Positions 13,397-26,106 of a stretch of DNA of 64,000 nt are shown here, piece by piece. The notes under the pieces are model-generated. The model worked only from the letters and a program-made list of their open reading frames with translations, did no database searches and was not told the origin of the DNA. This DNA comes from Takakia lepidozioides. Its lineage: Eukaryota; Plantae; Bryophyta. Every line of letters begins with the position of its first letter. The first letter of the stretch is position 1. The position numbers and the translations under genes were made by a program. Where the stretch lies: assembly GCA_030704615.1 (NCBI GenBank), contig CM060734.1, positions 44,640,001-44,704,000 on the forward strand. Reading direction: 5' to 3'.

Positions 13397-16122
13397 GCTA
13401 TCGGATCGGGATCTAATCATTTTTTCTTAAGCCTATGTGGTTTGAAATTGGTATGATTCAACTTAATCCTTGATCCATTTTTTTGCTTCATCCATGCCCA
13501 ATGAATGCTGTACCTAGGTTTTTATCGTGGACGAATGACATCCATACAGGATGACATCAGAGATGAATGCCTATTAATGTTATCAGTTATACACGATTTC
13601 ATCCACACTGGATGAAATCGCGTGGAGTGAGGCCTTATCACTTTGCTAAACCTAAAAAAAAGCACGAAGCTCGTGCTTGAGCTTGTGTTGGAGTGAATGG
13701 TGACGGCTAAGTGCTCCTGCTGCATGAATTCATGGCGTTTGATGCTTATGGAGAAGCGTAATGAAGGCTTTGCAGCCTGACAGCTGAATTCCAGGTTTAA
13801 TTGATGGTCTCAACATATGCTTTGGCGGCTGTGTCTTCATACCTGAGCTACTGGATTGCATTCAAGCTTCTGCTGGTGTGAATGATGGCGGCTAGGTGCT
13901 TATACTGCATAAATCCAAGGCATTTGGTGCTTATGGAGAGACGTAATGAGGGCTTTGCAGCCTGGCAGCAGAATTCCAGACTTAATTGCTGGTCTCGGCA
14001 TGTGCCTTGGCGGCTATGTCTTCATACCCGATTACATGAGCTTCTGCTGGTGCAAATGGTGGCTGCTAGGTGCTTTTACTGCAGGAATCCGAGGCATTTG
14101 AGCCTGATTCCTGGCCTAATTGCTGGTCTGGGCATGTGCATTGGCGGCTATGTCTTCCCACCTGATTGCATAAGCTTCTGCTGGTGTGAATGGGGGCTGC
14201 TAAGTGCTTTTACTGCAGGAATCTGAAGCATTTGATGCTTATGGTGAGGCCTTATGAAGACTTTACAGCCTGATTCCAGGGCTAATTGCCATGTGCATTG
14301 GCGGCTATGTCTTTACACTGGAAATGCTGCTGGAATTGAATGCATTCAGGGTGTTTTGATGTTTCTGGACCTGCACATTGAAGGCTATGCAACCTGGCAT
14401 CTGAAATCCAAGCCTAATTACCAAGCTTTGCATGCGCATGTGCGGCTGGGTCTTCAACTCCTCTACTGGTAGCTACTTCTTTTTTTCTGCGAAGCAATCA
14501 ATTTGGTTGCTAGCTGAACCCTTGAATGCTCATTGATGAAGCTGCAGCACCTGCATGGTTTTCAGGGAGTCTCTCTCACTTGATAAACTCCTCATTCTTT
14601 TCAGCAAAGCAATCTATTTGCACTTGTTTGAATGCACGTCTTGGACACCATGTCGCAGGCTTCGCCACTTCCACAAGCCTTCAAGGTCTTGTTAATGCTT
14701 TGTTCCCTGCATATGCTTGCTTTAGATTGTATGTATGACATCGATAGCAAGTGTGAAGGTCTGTTAGTCACCCGATGCATCCTCACTAACACACAAAATA
14801 TCTTTTGTGGTGGTTTTTGGGACGAGCGCAGGTGAGGATCTTCACCTTACATAATGTTTGAAGCTTGCAGATGCGAAGAACTCTGCATAAAATGTGGCTG
14901 ATGCTGAATGCAACTACTACTCCAATGAGACATCAGGGGAGGACCTATTTTGTACTCTTTAACTTGTTCTCTAGTTGTTGACAACTCAGTTTACATGATT
15001 AAAGGGCAGCATATGCTAGCATTCATAGAATACACATATTTTACTGAAAGGTATCTATTTTCTTGACATAGCCGCATTGTGGCATTTTTTGACCTTTGCT
15101 GCAGCTTGACAAGGCAGTATGTTGCCTTCTCCAATTTTTGTCTTTTGATGAGTCAAGACAGCTCTGGTTTATGCAGCTTATGTTCAGATCATACCTGGCA
15201 GTGCTTATTTAGCTTCTTCAGAATACATACATTCTTTTAAGCTACCACATGCTATTGGTTTTGATCTAATAACAAACATGTACATCTTGAGCTTTTTTCT
15301 TACTTTGGCAGAATGATGATAAGGCCCTGGAACATCAACCCCAGGCCTGATTCTGCTTAGGAAACACTCAAATAGTACTGCTGCTGCAATCATTGCTTAG
15401 TAAAAGTACTTTGCAATGTTTTTATGGAAGCCTCTCGAGCAGACTTGGTCTCGCTTAAATGCTGCCAGTCATTTTGGGAACATAACCTGCTACATAGTTA
15501 TAGTGTTTGAACCAGGAACAATGGGGCAATCACACATTTATAACTATTAGGTACTGGTACCCTGGACCTAAAAGTTGCCTTATGGAAGCCTATCTGTTTT
15601 GTACTTTAGCAGAATGTGGATAAAGCCCTGAAGCAAACACTTCAGGCCTGGGCCTGCTGCTGATAAGTTCAAATACGATCTATGAATGCATTGTTTGTTT
15701 TGCTAACCACTATGCAAATGCTCTTGAGGATGTTTGTTTAAAAGACATGGTTTCTTTTAAAACTTTCCAGCTGTTCTTGGGAACATATCTTGCTAAGTGG
15801 TAGATATATTTCAATATGGCTGAGAGATGCAATTACTCTGCTCTATGGAATATGAAACCAGTATGTTTTGATGGTGATAGATTTTTTTTTCTTTCTATGA
15901 TGAATATCTTACAATTCCCACCCTCCCACCGAGAGATTTCAGATACCCTGAAGTCTTCATGATTCAATCAAATCGGATGCTATGTGTGAACGGAGATGTT
16001 AGATAGTGCCTTCTAAGGAGGTTGCTATGTCCTTTTCTGACAATGACTTTAAAAGTCTTGTCTATGTCTTGACATGACATGAATATCTTCCCTCTCCTTC
16101 TCTCTTTTTAACTTTTTCTGCA
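13312..16122 (+). mobile_element. TIR-array element Y, left part
   Basis: Starts CTCAGTCACTCCCC. Has TTTCATCC motifs and shares diverged blocks with the IR arm (14720-14836 ~ 20683-20797; 16025-16095 ~ 21930-22013). Confidence 0.6.
13678..14470. repeat. Degenerate tandem repeat, ~135-185 bp unit, about 4.5 copies
   Basis: Units start AGCTTCTGCTGGTG-like at ~13680, 13865, 14039 and 14173 and end GGCGGCTATGTCTT-like. Confidence 0.8.
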
Positions 16123-16298
16123 GAGGGTTTAACTCTAAGGTTAAGAAAACCATGCTTTGTTGCATTATTAGACCTGCCTTGGAGTACGGATCTGCAATAT
16201 GGGTTGATAAATCTGTAGTGTCCAAAGCCATGTCTGTTGCCATGAGATTATATGATGAAAATGAAGTTGGGCAAAAAACTTCTCTGAACTTGTTTCCA
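16123..16298 (+). mobile_element. RTE-like LINE, 5' piece of a copy split by inversion
   Basis: IIRPALEYGSAIW then (after an internal deletion) [24 protein letters not shown]. Ends ..AACTTGTTTCCA. Confidence 0.8.
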
Positions 16299-16989
16299 CG
16301 GCAGGCGTAGAATTTGCGACGCCCGGCCATCGCATGGGCATCGTCAAAATGACGTCGCAAAAATGCGATGTATGGGGGTCGCGAGCTCCCGCCCCAACTC
16401 CCGTAACTGCCGGACGTCGCTTTTCAGGCTGTCCGCGCCGATGGCAGGGGCCTCCGTCGAGCGACGTCTCGCCGTCGTGGCCCTCCAGTCGACGCGTTGG
16501 TGGGAGCGCCGGCGCGGTGTCGCATCTTTTTTTTTTTTCTAACATGTCCGGAAGTCCCATCATAAAACCCAAAACACGTGGCGTAAGCCGGGTGGTACGC
16601 CAAGTGACTATTGGGCGTGGCAAAAAAAACAGCAGGAGTAGGAGACGGGCTCCGCCATGCCCGGTGTGGGTTTTGGCGACGCGCTGCGTCTGCGTCGTTT
16701 TTTTTATATATTTAATATTAAAAAAAAATATGGCACAGGCAAGGTGGCGGGCTACGCGTTGGCGACGCGCTGCGTCGTTTTTTTTATATATTTAATATTA
16801 AAAAAAAAATATGGCACAGGCAAGGTGGCGGGCTACGCGAACGCCAGGGCGTCGCGGCTTGCGACCCCCGGACAAAAAAACACGTCGCAAGGGGGTGTCG
16901 GGGTTGCCGCCCGCAAATGGGGGATTGGCGACGCGCAAAAAACACGTGTCGTCGTGGCGACGTCCTGCAGTCGCAAGGGCAGTCTAGTG
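16299..16989 (-). mobile_element. CACTA (En/Spm) non-autonomous element, one end with subterminal repeats
   Basis: Terminates TAGTG at 16989 (CACTAGACTGCCCTTGCGAC on minus). Dense GCGACG/CGTCGC repeats and an internal ~85-bp tandem duplication at ~16672-16840. Confidence 0.7.
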
Positions 16990-17149
16990 GTGGGGGGGGG
17001 GGGGGGGGTTGGGGGTTGATTTTGGGGGTGAATTGGGGTGGTTTTTGTTTTTTGTCTGGTTTTGTTTTTGGGATGAGAGACCTTACAGTTCCATTTCTAC
17101 TGATTTAGCAGGTACACAATTGAGCAAGCATGAATCGGGTGAGGACGGT

Positions 17150-19330
17150 GCGACACATGAATAAGATGGAAGATGGAAAGATGCAAATATATTTACAGGA
17201 ATGAGCTGAAAAGCTCACAAGGGTTCAGTAGGCTGACCTGGGACCTACATGGACTAGACTAGTCATCATCATCCTTATCGTAGTGGAGGACTCAGAGCTA
17301 TCCGATGAGCCTGATGACTCCGCACCCTTGCCAGAGCACCTAAATGAGGCGGCGTTCCCTAAGTGCACAGAGCTCTCATTCAATCCCTGGCCATGACCCT
17401 CCCTCATCCATACGAGTGCGTGTAGTGCACTCATCCCCTCCGTGTTGGGCCATGTTCTTCATGAGGGATTGGTCAACCATGCTCCTGGCGTAGTTGTACT
17501 CTACCGGACATGGCTTCCTCTCCAAACGCGCGTTGCTACACATGCCACAAATTAAAGTCAGTTCTTCGCGATGATGGGCCAGAAAGAAGACATAACAAAA
17601 TCCATAGGGAAGTACGACTTACAAATCGCAAGATATAAAACCCTGGATCCGCCGGTGCACCACTTGTGTGTGGATTCGTGCTTGGTCAAGGCGGATTATT
17701 TATTGTTCGCGTGCCCGGTCAAATTTGGCCTTGTTTGTGGCATCAGTCTCTCCCGCAATGAGTGCATCCCACGATACCTATGCACCCCCAAACCCCCCCC
17801 CCCAACAATTAGTGAATACACACATACGTTGCATCGAATCCACCTCATTAATGTACATGTGACAAATGGAAGGTGACATGATTCAGGATTTGGCCCCCTT
17901 TCCATTGCCCTCGAATGATCTATCTGGCACGGTACCTCATGTCCTTCAAGTTTCGCCCCACCATCTCCATCACCTTTGTGTCACTCCAATTGCCCGGAAA
18001 CCGGCGTCTAGCTCACGGGCATACGCCCGCTTCGCGCCAAAGTGCTGATCAGCCACTCGATGTGCAAAGGGAACCACATCAATGCGAGTTCGAAGGCTGG
18101 CTTCTTCTAGCTTCCCAGAACGCACCGCAGGGGTCACCATGGCGATTCACCTCCACCGGTGGCATCACAATCTTTGAACTTCCACGTCCTGTATCACCTA
18201 GGGCATGTTTTTTTCCCACCTCTCCCTTATTTGTAGCCTCCTTTCCTGCTCTTTGTTAACCCCACTGCCCTCCCCCGCAATGGCACACTCACCCTTCCTC
18301 TCCATGAGACTTCTTTTTCTTCTTCTTCTTTTCCTTCCCCTTCCCTGCTACTTCCTCTCTTCCTTCTCCCTCTCCCTTTTTTCATGAACACCACGTGCTC
18401 TCCCTCATTGGCAACCCCACTGGACTGCACCAATGAGGCCAGCCATGTTGCTGCCTCTTGAAGACAAATAACCCCTCCAAATTCAAAAAAAAGAAACAAA
18501 CAACAAAGAAAATCATGCATGCAAAGGAAAGGATAAATCATTGAACAAGGTGCGACAGTTGTACCTTTGCAAGCTTGTCGACTCGCCCTGGTGTCACCCG
18601 ATGTGGCAGGAATCCCCGTTGCCGGATGTGCCCGCTCTACTACTTCCCGGAGCGCCACTGAAAGTAGATTCCAGATGTGGAGCATAGCCGCGGCGGCCGC
18701 CCCATAGTCCAGGCCCTTCTTTGCTGACCGCTCAGGCTCAGGGGCAGGTGTCGCGATCGGCTAGGTTGCTCCGAACCGGCCCATACCTCCTCTCCCCCCC
18801 CCCCAAAATGCGTATCAGGGTAGAAGCCTCGCTGATCGGCTAGGTTGCTCCGAACCGGCCCATACTCCTCCTCCCCCCCCCCAAAAATGCGTATCAGGGT
18901 AGAAGCCCCTCATCCGGCTTGACTTCTTCGAGGCGCTTCGCTATATTGGCCACTTCATTGGCCCTCCTTGTCTCCTCCTCCCTCATCGACAACAATGGGC
19001 TGGCAATGGAGGCTTTCAAAGGCCCTTGAACCTGACGTTGGGCCTGCAAGTGCAACCTTTGTTGTGGAGGAAGGGGTCGCTATGGGGGGTGACATCCAAA
19101 AGTTGCCCATACCGGGCCCCCGAGGGTGATGTGCTTGCAAGGTACATTTCACCCATCTTGGTGCCGGGGGGTGTGCTCAATTGAGCATCCGGCTCAGCAA
19201 CAACCTCCTGAATAGAAGAGACTGGCTGAGCCGGCCCCTGGCGCATCCAAGATGTGGACAAGAGGGGGGGTACTGGCCTCGGGGGGCAGACGAGCCTTCC
19301 GGCTGCGGCTATCAACGGGGCAAGTTAACC
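17150..19330 (-). pseudogene. Decayed, probably intron-containing coding sequence of unknown family
   Basis: Broken protein-like frames on minus with a K/E/R-rich segment (18227-18450) and a GT..AG intron-like stretch at ~18459-18564. No recognisable domain. Confidence 0.3.
18755..18906. repeat. Tandem duplication, ~79 bp x2
   Basis: GATCGGCTAGGTTGCTCCGAACCGGCCCATAC..GGGTAGAAGCC occurs twice. Confidence 0.9.
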
Positions 19331-19613
19331 CGGAACCGTGAGACGCCCTGGCGCGTCACACGTGCCGGCAGAACAAACGGATTGTCTGCCCCCTTTTTTT
19401 GGGCAAGGGACTTCTTCCCTTTCCCCATAAGCTGACACCTGTCATGCAAACCCACAAGTTGGCCTCATTAGGAAACAACCTCTACATTCCATATCAAAAA
19501 CAAAAAAAACCAAGCATGTCGGGGGCTGAGAGCAGCAAGTGCTCGGGGTCTCGAGAGGGGGCAACAAAGATAAAAGAAAAAGGTGGGGGGGGGGGTGTGC
19601 TGAGCACCACGGG

Positions 19614-22069
19614 CTTAGTCACCCCCCCCGCCATTTTTTTTTTTTTTGGTTTCCCTCTCTCTCCCTCTCTCTCTCCCTCTGGACACTGGGCTTATGGAAT
19701 TGTTGTCCCGACTTCCATCCTTGAGGAAATTGAAAAAAAATTGCAAAATTGGGTTGCAGGGAATTTTGGATGTTCCTTATCCAATTATTTTATTTTATTT
19801 TTTTAAACTATATATTTTTAGTGAAATATTTCTTCACTAAAAAACCTATGAAACTCCCGTCAGTTTCTACTTTTTCAATCCAACCTGGATGAAAAAAGGA
19901 CTTCACCTGATAGGACCTAAATACAGGGCAAGACAGTTCTTTAATATATAAAAAATCCCCCATGGTTTTCATCTAACCTAGATGAAATCGGACTACATCC
20001 GTTGAAGTGCAAGACAAGATGAAAAGCACGATGTCTTTCATCTTCCACGAATGAGAAACGGACAACGTCCGTCGGACGGACAGACTGGTGGATGTTTTTC
20101 ATCCTGAGAAGGATGGACGACGGGCCAGGCAAGAGAAAACCCTGCGCAACCCTAATGTCTTTCTTTTTGCGCAGTGAGAGCGCGCGCGATGGCGGCTTGT
20201 GAGGAGCGATGGTGCTCGTGTTGCAGATACCTTGAGCTGCCAATCGTTGAGTGTTTATGGCTCATGTGAGCGACGCCTGGGCAAGCTCTTTAAGGCGGTG
20301 GCGGTGGCTTAGAGATGAGGGAAGACTCCCTGTCTCAGTTGTTTGTTTTTTTTGCTGCACAAGGGAACCGCGGCAGTGATGGCGGAGGCACCACCTGCAT
20401 GCCTATGACGTTTCCCTAAGAGCCCTCCTCTGGATCTTTGATGAATGGCGGCACAAGGAAGTCTCTCTCCCTCCCTTTATAAACCCTACCTGTTGAAACC
20501 GAGCTTTCTTTTTCTTGTGCTTGGCAAGATCTTGCTTTGGTTAAGGTAGCAGTGTTGTGGTGCTGGCGGAGTCCTCCATGCACGGTTAGGTTTGTGGAGA
20601 GATGACGACTCTCCCCCAAACAGTAAAAAATATATTTTTTTTGTTGATTTTGCTTCCTTGTTTTCTTTGGCATTCTCTGCGCTTAGATTGAAGTGTATTT
20701 GACCTCGATAGCAAGTGTGGAAGCCTGCTACTCACCTCGTGCATCCTCATTAACTCACAATGCGTTGTGGTTGTTTTTGGGACGGGCACAGGTGAGGGCT
20801 TCCACTTAATATTCTAATGTCTAGGTGTTGCTGGATACCAAGTGGGATTGCAGAGCAGGGGAAGGAATCGTTTGCCAGGGACTCATCCTAAAATGTTGAA
20901 AAACTAAACTACTCTATAGTGTTTTTCTTGATCCTGCCTCTTTCCTTCCTTGATTTTTGAAGAACAAGTGTAATGCTTTATACGATGGGCTAGTTCGGCC
21001 CAACCAGTGGAAAAGACTCTGTTATGATGTGACAGTCAGGTTTATGATGGCTTGTGTGAGAGACACACATCTGTTTTCCAAGCCCTAGTTTGCTTTGATT
21101 ACCTTATGGTAGTTGGAAACAAATTGAGAGGCTGCAAAGAACTGTTTGCTACAGCTACTCGGGTACCTATGTTTAAAAGGCCCCTGTTTTGTTCCAACCC
21201 AGATGGCTTTGATTAGCTAGATGCTTAGGCCAGGGCATGGTGAAGTTTCTGCCTGTGGCTATTCGGCTGACACTGAAATATGACAGTAATATAAATGGTA
21301 ACTGGTTTTTGAGGCAGCCAGGGTGGTCAAGTGGAAATACCCCATGGACATGGTGTTATGACATGGTCAAATATGGAATGATGTGAAGGGTGTACTGACA
21401 ATACCATATACTGTCACAGGATGTGTATGCAGTCCTTTATATTTACCTTGCTTTGTCATGAGCTTTGATTTTCAGCTATAGCAAGAATTAAAGGTTTAGG
21501 GGTGTTCTGGAAAACTTACCAGACATATCCACTTGCCCTGTGGGGGCAAGCTGTACTGCACACCAGTCTAAACAAATACTGGCAAGGCAAGGTATTTAAA
21601 TCTGTGATATCCAAATTGTTCCTTTCTTTTTTAAGAAAACCCTCCATGACACCCATGGGGTTTTAGTAAGTATGCTTGGATTACAGCTTGCAGACAGTAA
21701 ATCTGTATGACTATGTGACCTGCACCACATCAAGGCCAAAATATGGCCAAGTACCCGCCATCCCACCCAAACCTATGTAAGTGTATCATGATCTTGACTA
21801 GTGGTCAATCAGCATCAGTGGCATACTCTCTGGATTATGAATCATACTGACATGAATACATTACTGTGCATGGATGTAATTCTGGATTTTCTAAGCTTGA
21901 TGATTGATGGATGGTGCCACTGTTAAGTGGCTGATATGTCTATTTATTCTTTCATGACAACGACCCTAGGAGTCCTGTCTTTGTCTTGACATGACAAAAA
22001 GTATCTTCCCTCTTTTTTTTGCTGCTTACAAAAATAAACAAATCACAAGGGAAAGAGGGTGCAGAAAAA
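19614..22069. mobile_element. TIR-array element Y, right part (inverted); right arm of long inverted repeat
   Basis: Reverse complement of ~10850-13302. Begins CTTAGTCACCCCC and abuts another end (19553-19604) across a 9-bp spacer. Confidence 0.75.
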
Positions 22070-22079
22070 ATAAAAAAGA

Positions 22080-22607
22080 TTGTACTCATAAGACGTGGTT
22101 TGCCGTAGCCCTGTGGCCATTGACCCCGCGCCCAGTTTGAGCGGAAACAAAAGGGACAGAACCCGCCTCTGTCAGGGGCTTACGTTGGTAGTAAGACTTA
22201 CCTTCATATATAGAATTAATCTGGGTTTTCCAGATATCCTTTAGAAATCCCTTCACACAAGCATCAATCTGTTGTGTGTGATTTGCCCAATAACTAGGCC
22301 TCAGGAGGGCCTGGGCTTTTGGCTCAGCCTTGAGACTTTCAAAGTTGGTAAACAGAGGTACATGCACAATTCCCTTGATAGATTTGAAGAGAGCGTCTCT
22401 TTGGTGAGAGAACCTCGGACAATGTATCAAAAAATGAATATTGTCTTCAGATTGCCCACACAACGGGCAATTGCACTCTCCCTTTCCTCTCTGCTTTTGT
22501 TTGCTGTTCAAAGGTAGGCTCCTGCCCTGAGTTTAAATTTCAGTCTAGTGCCGAGAGTGGGTAGACCTTTGAGGTCATCCAAGATGTCCTCCCCCATGTC
22601 ACTGACT
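22080..22607 (-). mobile_element. RTE-like LINE, 3' piece of the copy split by inversion
   Basis: Begins AGTCAGTGACATGGGG on minus, encodes the CPLC..HFLIHC finger, and has the family 3' end (CTTATGAGTACAATC). Confidence 0.85.
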
Positions 22608-22746
22608 TGCCCGAAAATGATGTTTTCCCGACGCTGCGGCGTGGCTCGGGCGTCGCAAATTCTGCGCCTGCCCCCTACCCGAAAATGACGTTTTCCCGAC
22701 GCTACGGCGTGGCTCGGGCGTCGCAAAGGCCTCTTTTCTTGTAGTG
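22608..22746. mobile_element. CACTA element end
   Basis: Ends CTCTTTTCTTGTAGTG (= CACTACAAGAAAAGAG). Two ~69-bp subterminal repeat units containing GGGCGTCGCAAA. Confidence 0.85.
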
Positions 22747-23131
22747 TGGGTACCAGATACTGGAAACTGGACTGGAGTACTGGAAGCTGGACTGGAATAC
22801 TGGGACTTGGAATAAGAGTAGCTTGAACTTGTGTTGGCGAGACTGAAGAGTGTCCAGTCTCGCCCCCTATATATACTGGCTACTAGGAGGTTCCCTAAGA
22901 GGCTTCCCCAAGGAGGTTTCTTGATGGAGAAGTTTCCTCCAAATGAAGCTTCCTGAACAGTTTCCCAAGTTACTATCGGTAATTTGGTAAATTCCCGGTA
23001 ACTCGGTAACTCGGTAACTAATGATAACTTATAGTAAATCATTATAGATCACGGTAACTTTCAGTAACATGGTAACTTGGTAATTTTTGGTATTTATTCC
23101 TGGTAAGTTCTTTTGGGCTATGTCCGTGACA
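22747..23131 (-). mobile_element. Partial chromovirus LTR truncated by CACTA end
   Basis: Near-identical to ~7806-8227 and starts TGTCACGG on minus. No PPT adjacent. Confidence 0.85.
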
Positions 23132-23559
23132 CAGGCAAGTTTATTAGCAATGGTGAGGGAAGAATACTAATCTGTGAGCCTGCTGAGCTTGTGAGCCTGC
23201 TCATGAGCTCACGTGAGCTTGTGAGCTTGGTCAGGCTCACGCTCACGTGAGCCTGGGAAAGGGGCCCCATAATTGCAGATATTTCACCTATTTCCATGCA
23301 TTTCCGTGCATTCGCCTCTTGCCAATACTTATCCCATGATTGAATGAGCACATCGGTCACTGCAGTTTGTCAAGCGAAAAAATAATGTAACCGCAAAAAC
23401 CAATTTCGCTGACGAAACCCAAGTTTGTGCTCACGTAAGTTCAATTTTAGACGGGAGCTTGAAAAGAAAAAAATAAAAATAAAAATAAATAAAAATAAAA
23501 ACCCGGTTTTGCTGACGAAACCCAAGTTTGTGCTCCCGTGAGTTCAACTTTGGACACTC

Positions 23560-24434
<875 letters not shown>

Positions 24435-25501
24435 CACTACAACACACCCAATATAATTTCGACGATTTAGTTTGACACTGGCGTTGACTGTTATCACTTT
24501 CGACTGTTCCAACCATTTTGCAGTCAAAATTTATATTAAAATATTTGAGGTGCTAGACAACCACGAAAATTTTGACTGTAATGAGAGATTTTGACTACCT
24601 AAAATGAGCTGACTGAGACAACCAATTAAGCAATGGCATGTGTAATCACAATATATAAACTATATAGAGCAATATATACGTGGATACTAAGAAGTAAAAA
24701 CATTTAACTATTTTTTCCCTGACCCAACACATTAATAGTAAACTAATCGTGTGCTGGTTAAGGTTAGTGAAACAAAACAACTGAATTATCTGAACGAATG
24801 ATAAACAAACGCCTTGCTGGTAGCTATTGGATGAACGTATGAAAGGTTAGTGAAACACCTAGCTGCTTCACGAATAGTGGACTGTTATGCGCTCTGTTTA
24901 CGTAGTAAACGGAAGAGCGGAACAACTGAATTATCTGAACGAATGTTAAACAAACGCCTTGCTGGCAGCTGTTGGATGAATGTATGAAATATAATTTGTG
25001 TACACTAGATGAACGTATGAATGAACGATAAAGCAAACGCCTTGCTGGCAACTATTGGATGAACGAAAAATTAAATGGATGGATGGATAGATTGATGGAA
25101 AACCCAAAATCCATCCATCTACGATACATTCATCCAAATAATTCAAAATGGATTTAGGGTTGCGGGATTGCATTCAGCGATGAGTAAGTTATGGTTTTGC
25201 TGTGTTTGCGTGGGAGGATCTGCAGGATATGCATAGCTTGGGTGGACAACCGCAATCGCAAGGTGTGGCTTTTCTTAATGTACGATGTGAAGATGTTTGT
25301 CCATCCTGCAAATGTGGGCTCTTAGTACCATTATTTGGTATTCTTCCTGATGTTTACAACGTTCTTGGGAGAGTCGGCTTGGTCTTAGCAGGCCGTGTTT
25401 CAATCTCCGCCCGCTCAGCTGCATCGTGGTGGTTCTCGCAGACCAATCCGACATTACCTGACTACAGACACAAGCAGCACACACAAGAGGTGGTCAGTCA
25501 A

Positions 25502-25625
25502 ATCCTCGATGGGTCCAAGCTCTTACATGAAGGCAGCTGCTGCATTGCGCGAGACTGACCCGTTGAAGAAACCCAAGCAGGATCGTTATGCGCTGCGTAC
25601 TTCCCCACAATGGCTGGGTCCGCAG
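25502..25625 (+). pseudogene. PAL: Captured phenylalanine ammonia-lyase gene fragment
   Basis: [40 protein letters not shown], the conserved plant PAL motif. Flanks are not PAL-like. Confidence 0.9.
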
Positions 25626-26106
25626 GTACACCTCTTATGTGGTTCACAAATATATTTGGTTACATCAAATGCCAGGGACTCTCAGTAGATTCTCCTCGTG
25701 AAGAAAGCTGCGAGAATTGTGGTAATTTCGGGAAGGAGAATTTGTATGGGTCTAGTAACGGATGGCCGGAGATGCTGCAATGTGTAGGATGGCGGGGAGG
25801 TTTTTTTCAGGATTAAGACCACATCCACACTTCGAAAGCTGATGCATGCATACTGCGACCGTCGGTCAGTTGATCGCCTTCTTTTTCGATGGCAGACGCC
25901 TTCGCGCTGAGCAGACCCCTGCCGAGGTTATTCTCGCTCCTTTTTCTTCTGTGTTCTTCCAAAGCTGACAGGATTCTCATTGAGCTGCTAAAAGTGGTAT
26001 ATGTGTAAGCTTATTATGTAGGGCAGTCTTTGAAATGTCTGGTCTTGCCAAAAGTGGCTGTTAGGGCTGCTGTTTAGATTGGACCTGTGATGGGTATATG
26101 ACGGCA

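Noticed and set aside
13282-13397. Helitron 3' end or CRESS-virus origin (hairpin, CTAG, 9-nt loop)
   Set aside because: CTAG is ~60 bp from the core stem and absent at the second junction. The 9-nt spacers are not conserved and do not match TAATATTAC. No Rep/helicase is present.
13678-14470. CRISPR-like array
   Set aside because: Long degenerate tandem units without unique spacers, eukaryotic context, no cas genes.
10850-22070. Single giant foldback transposon with 2.5-kb TIRs
   Set aside because: No TSD at the outer ends, and the split LINE/CACTA junctions show the inverted orientation came from a later inversion.
16299-22746. Intact single CACTA insertion after undoing the inversion
   Set aside because: The internal junction fits, but the terminal sequences differ beyond CACTA and the 3-bp flanks (CAC vs TGG) do not match, so further rearrangement is likely.
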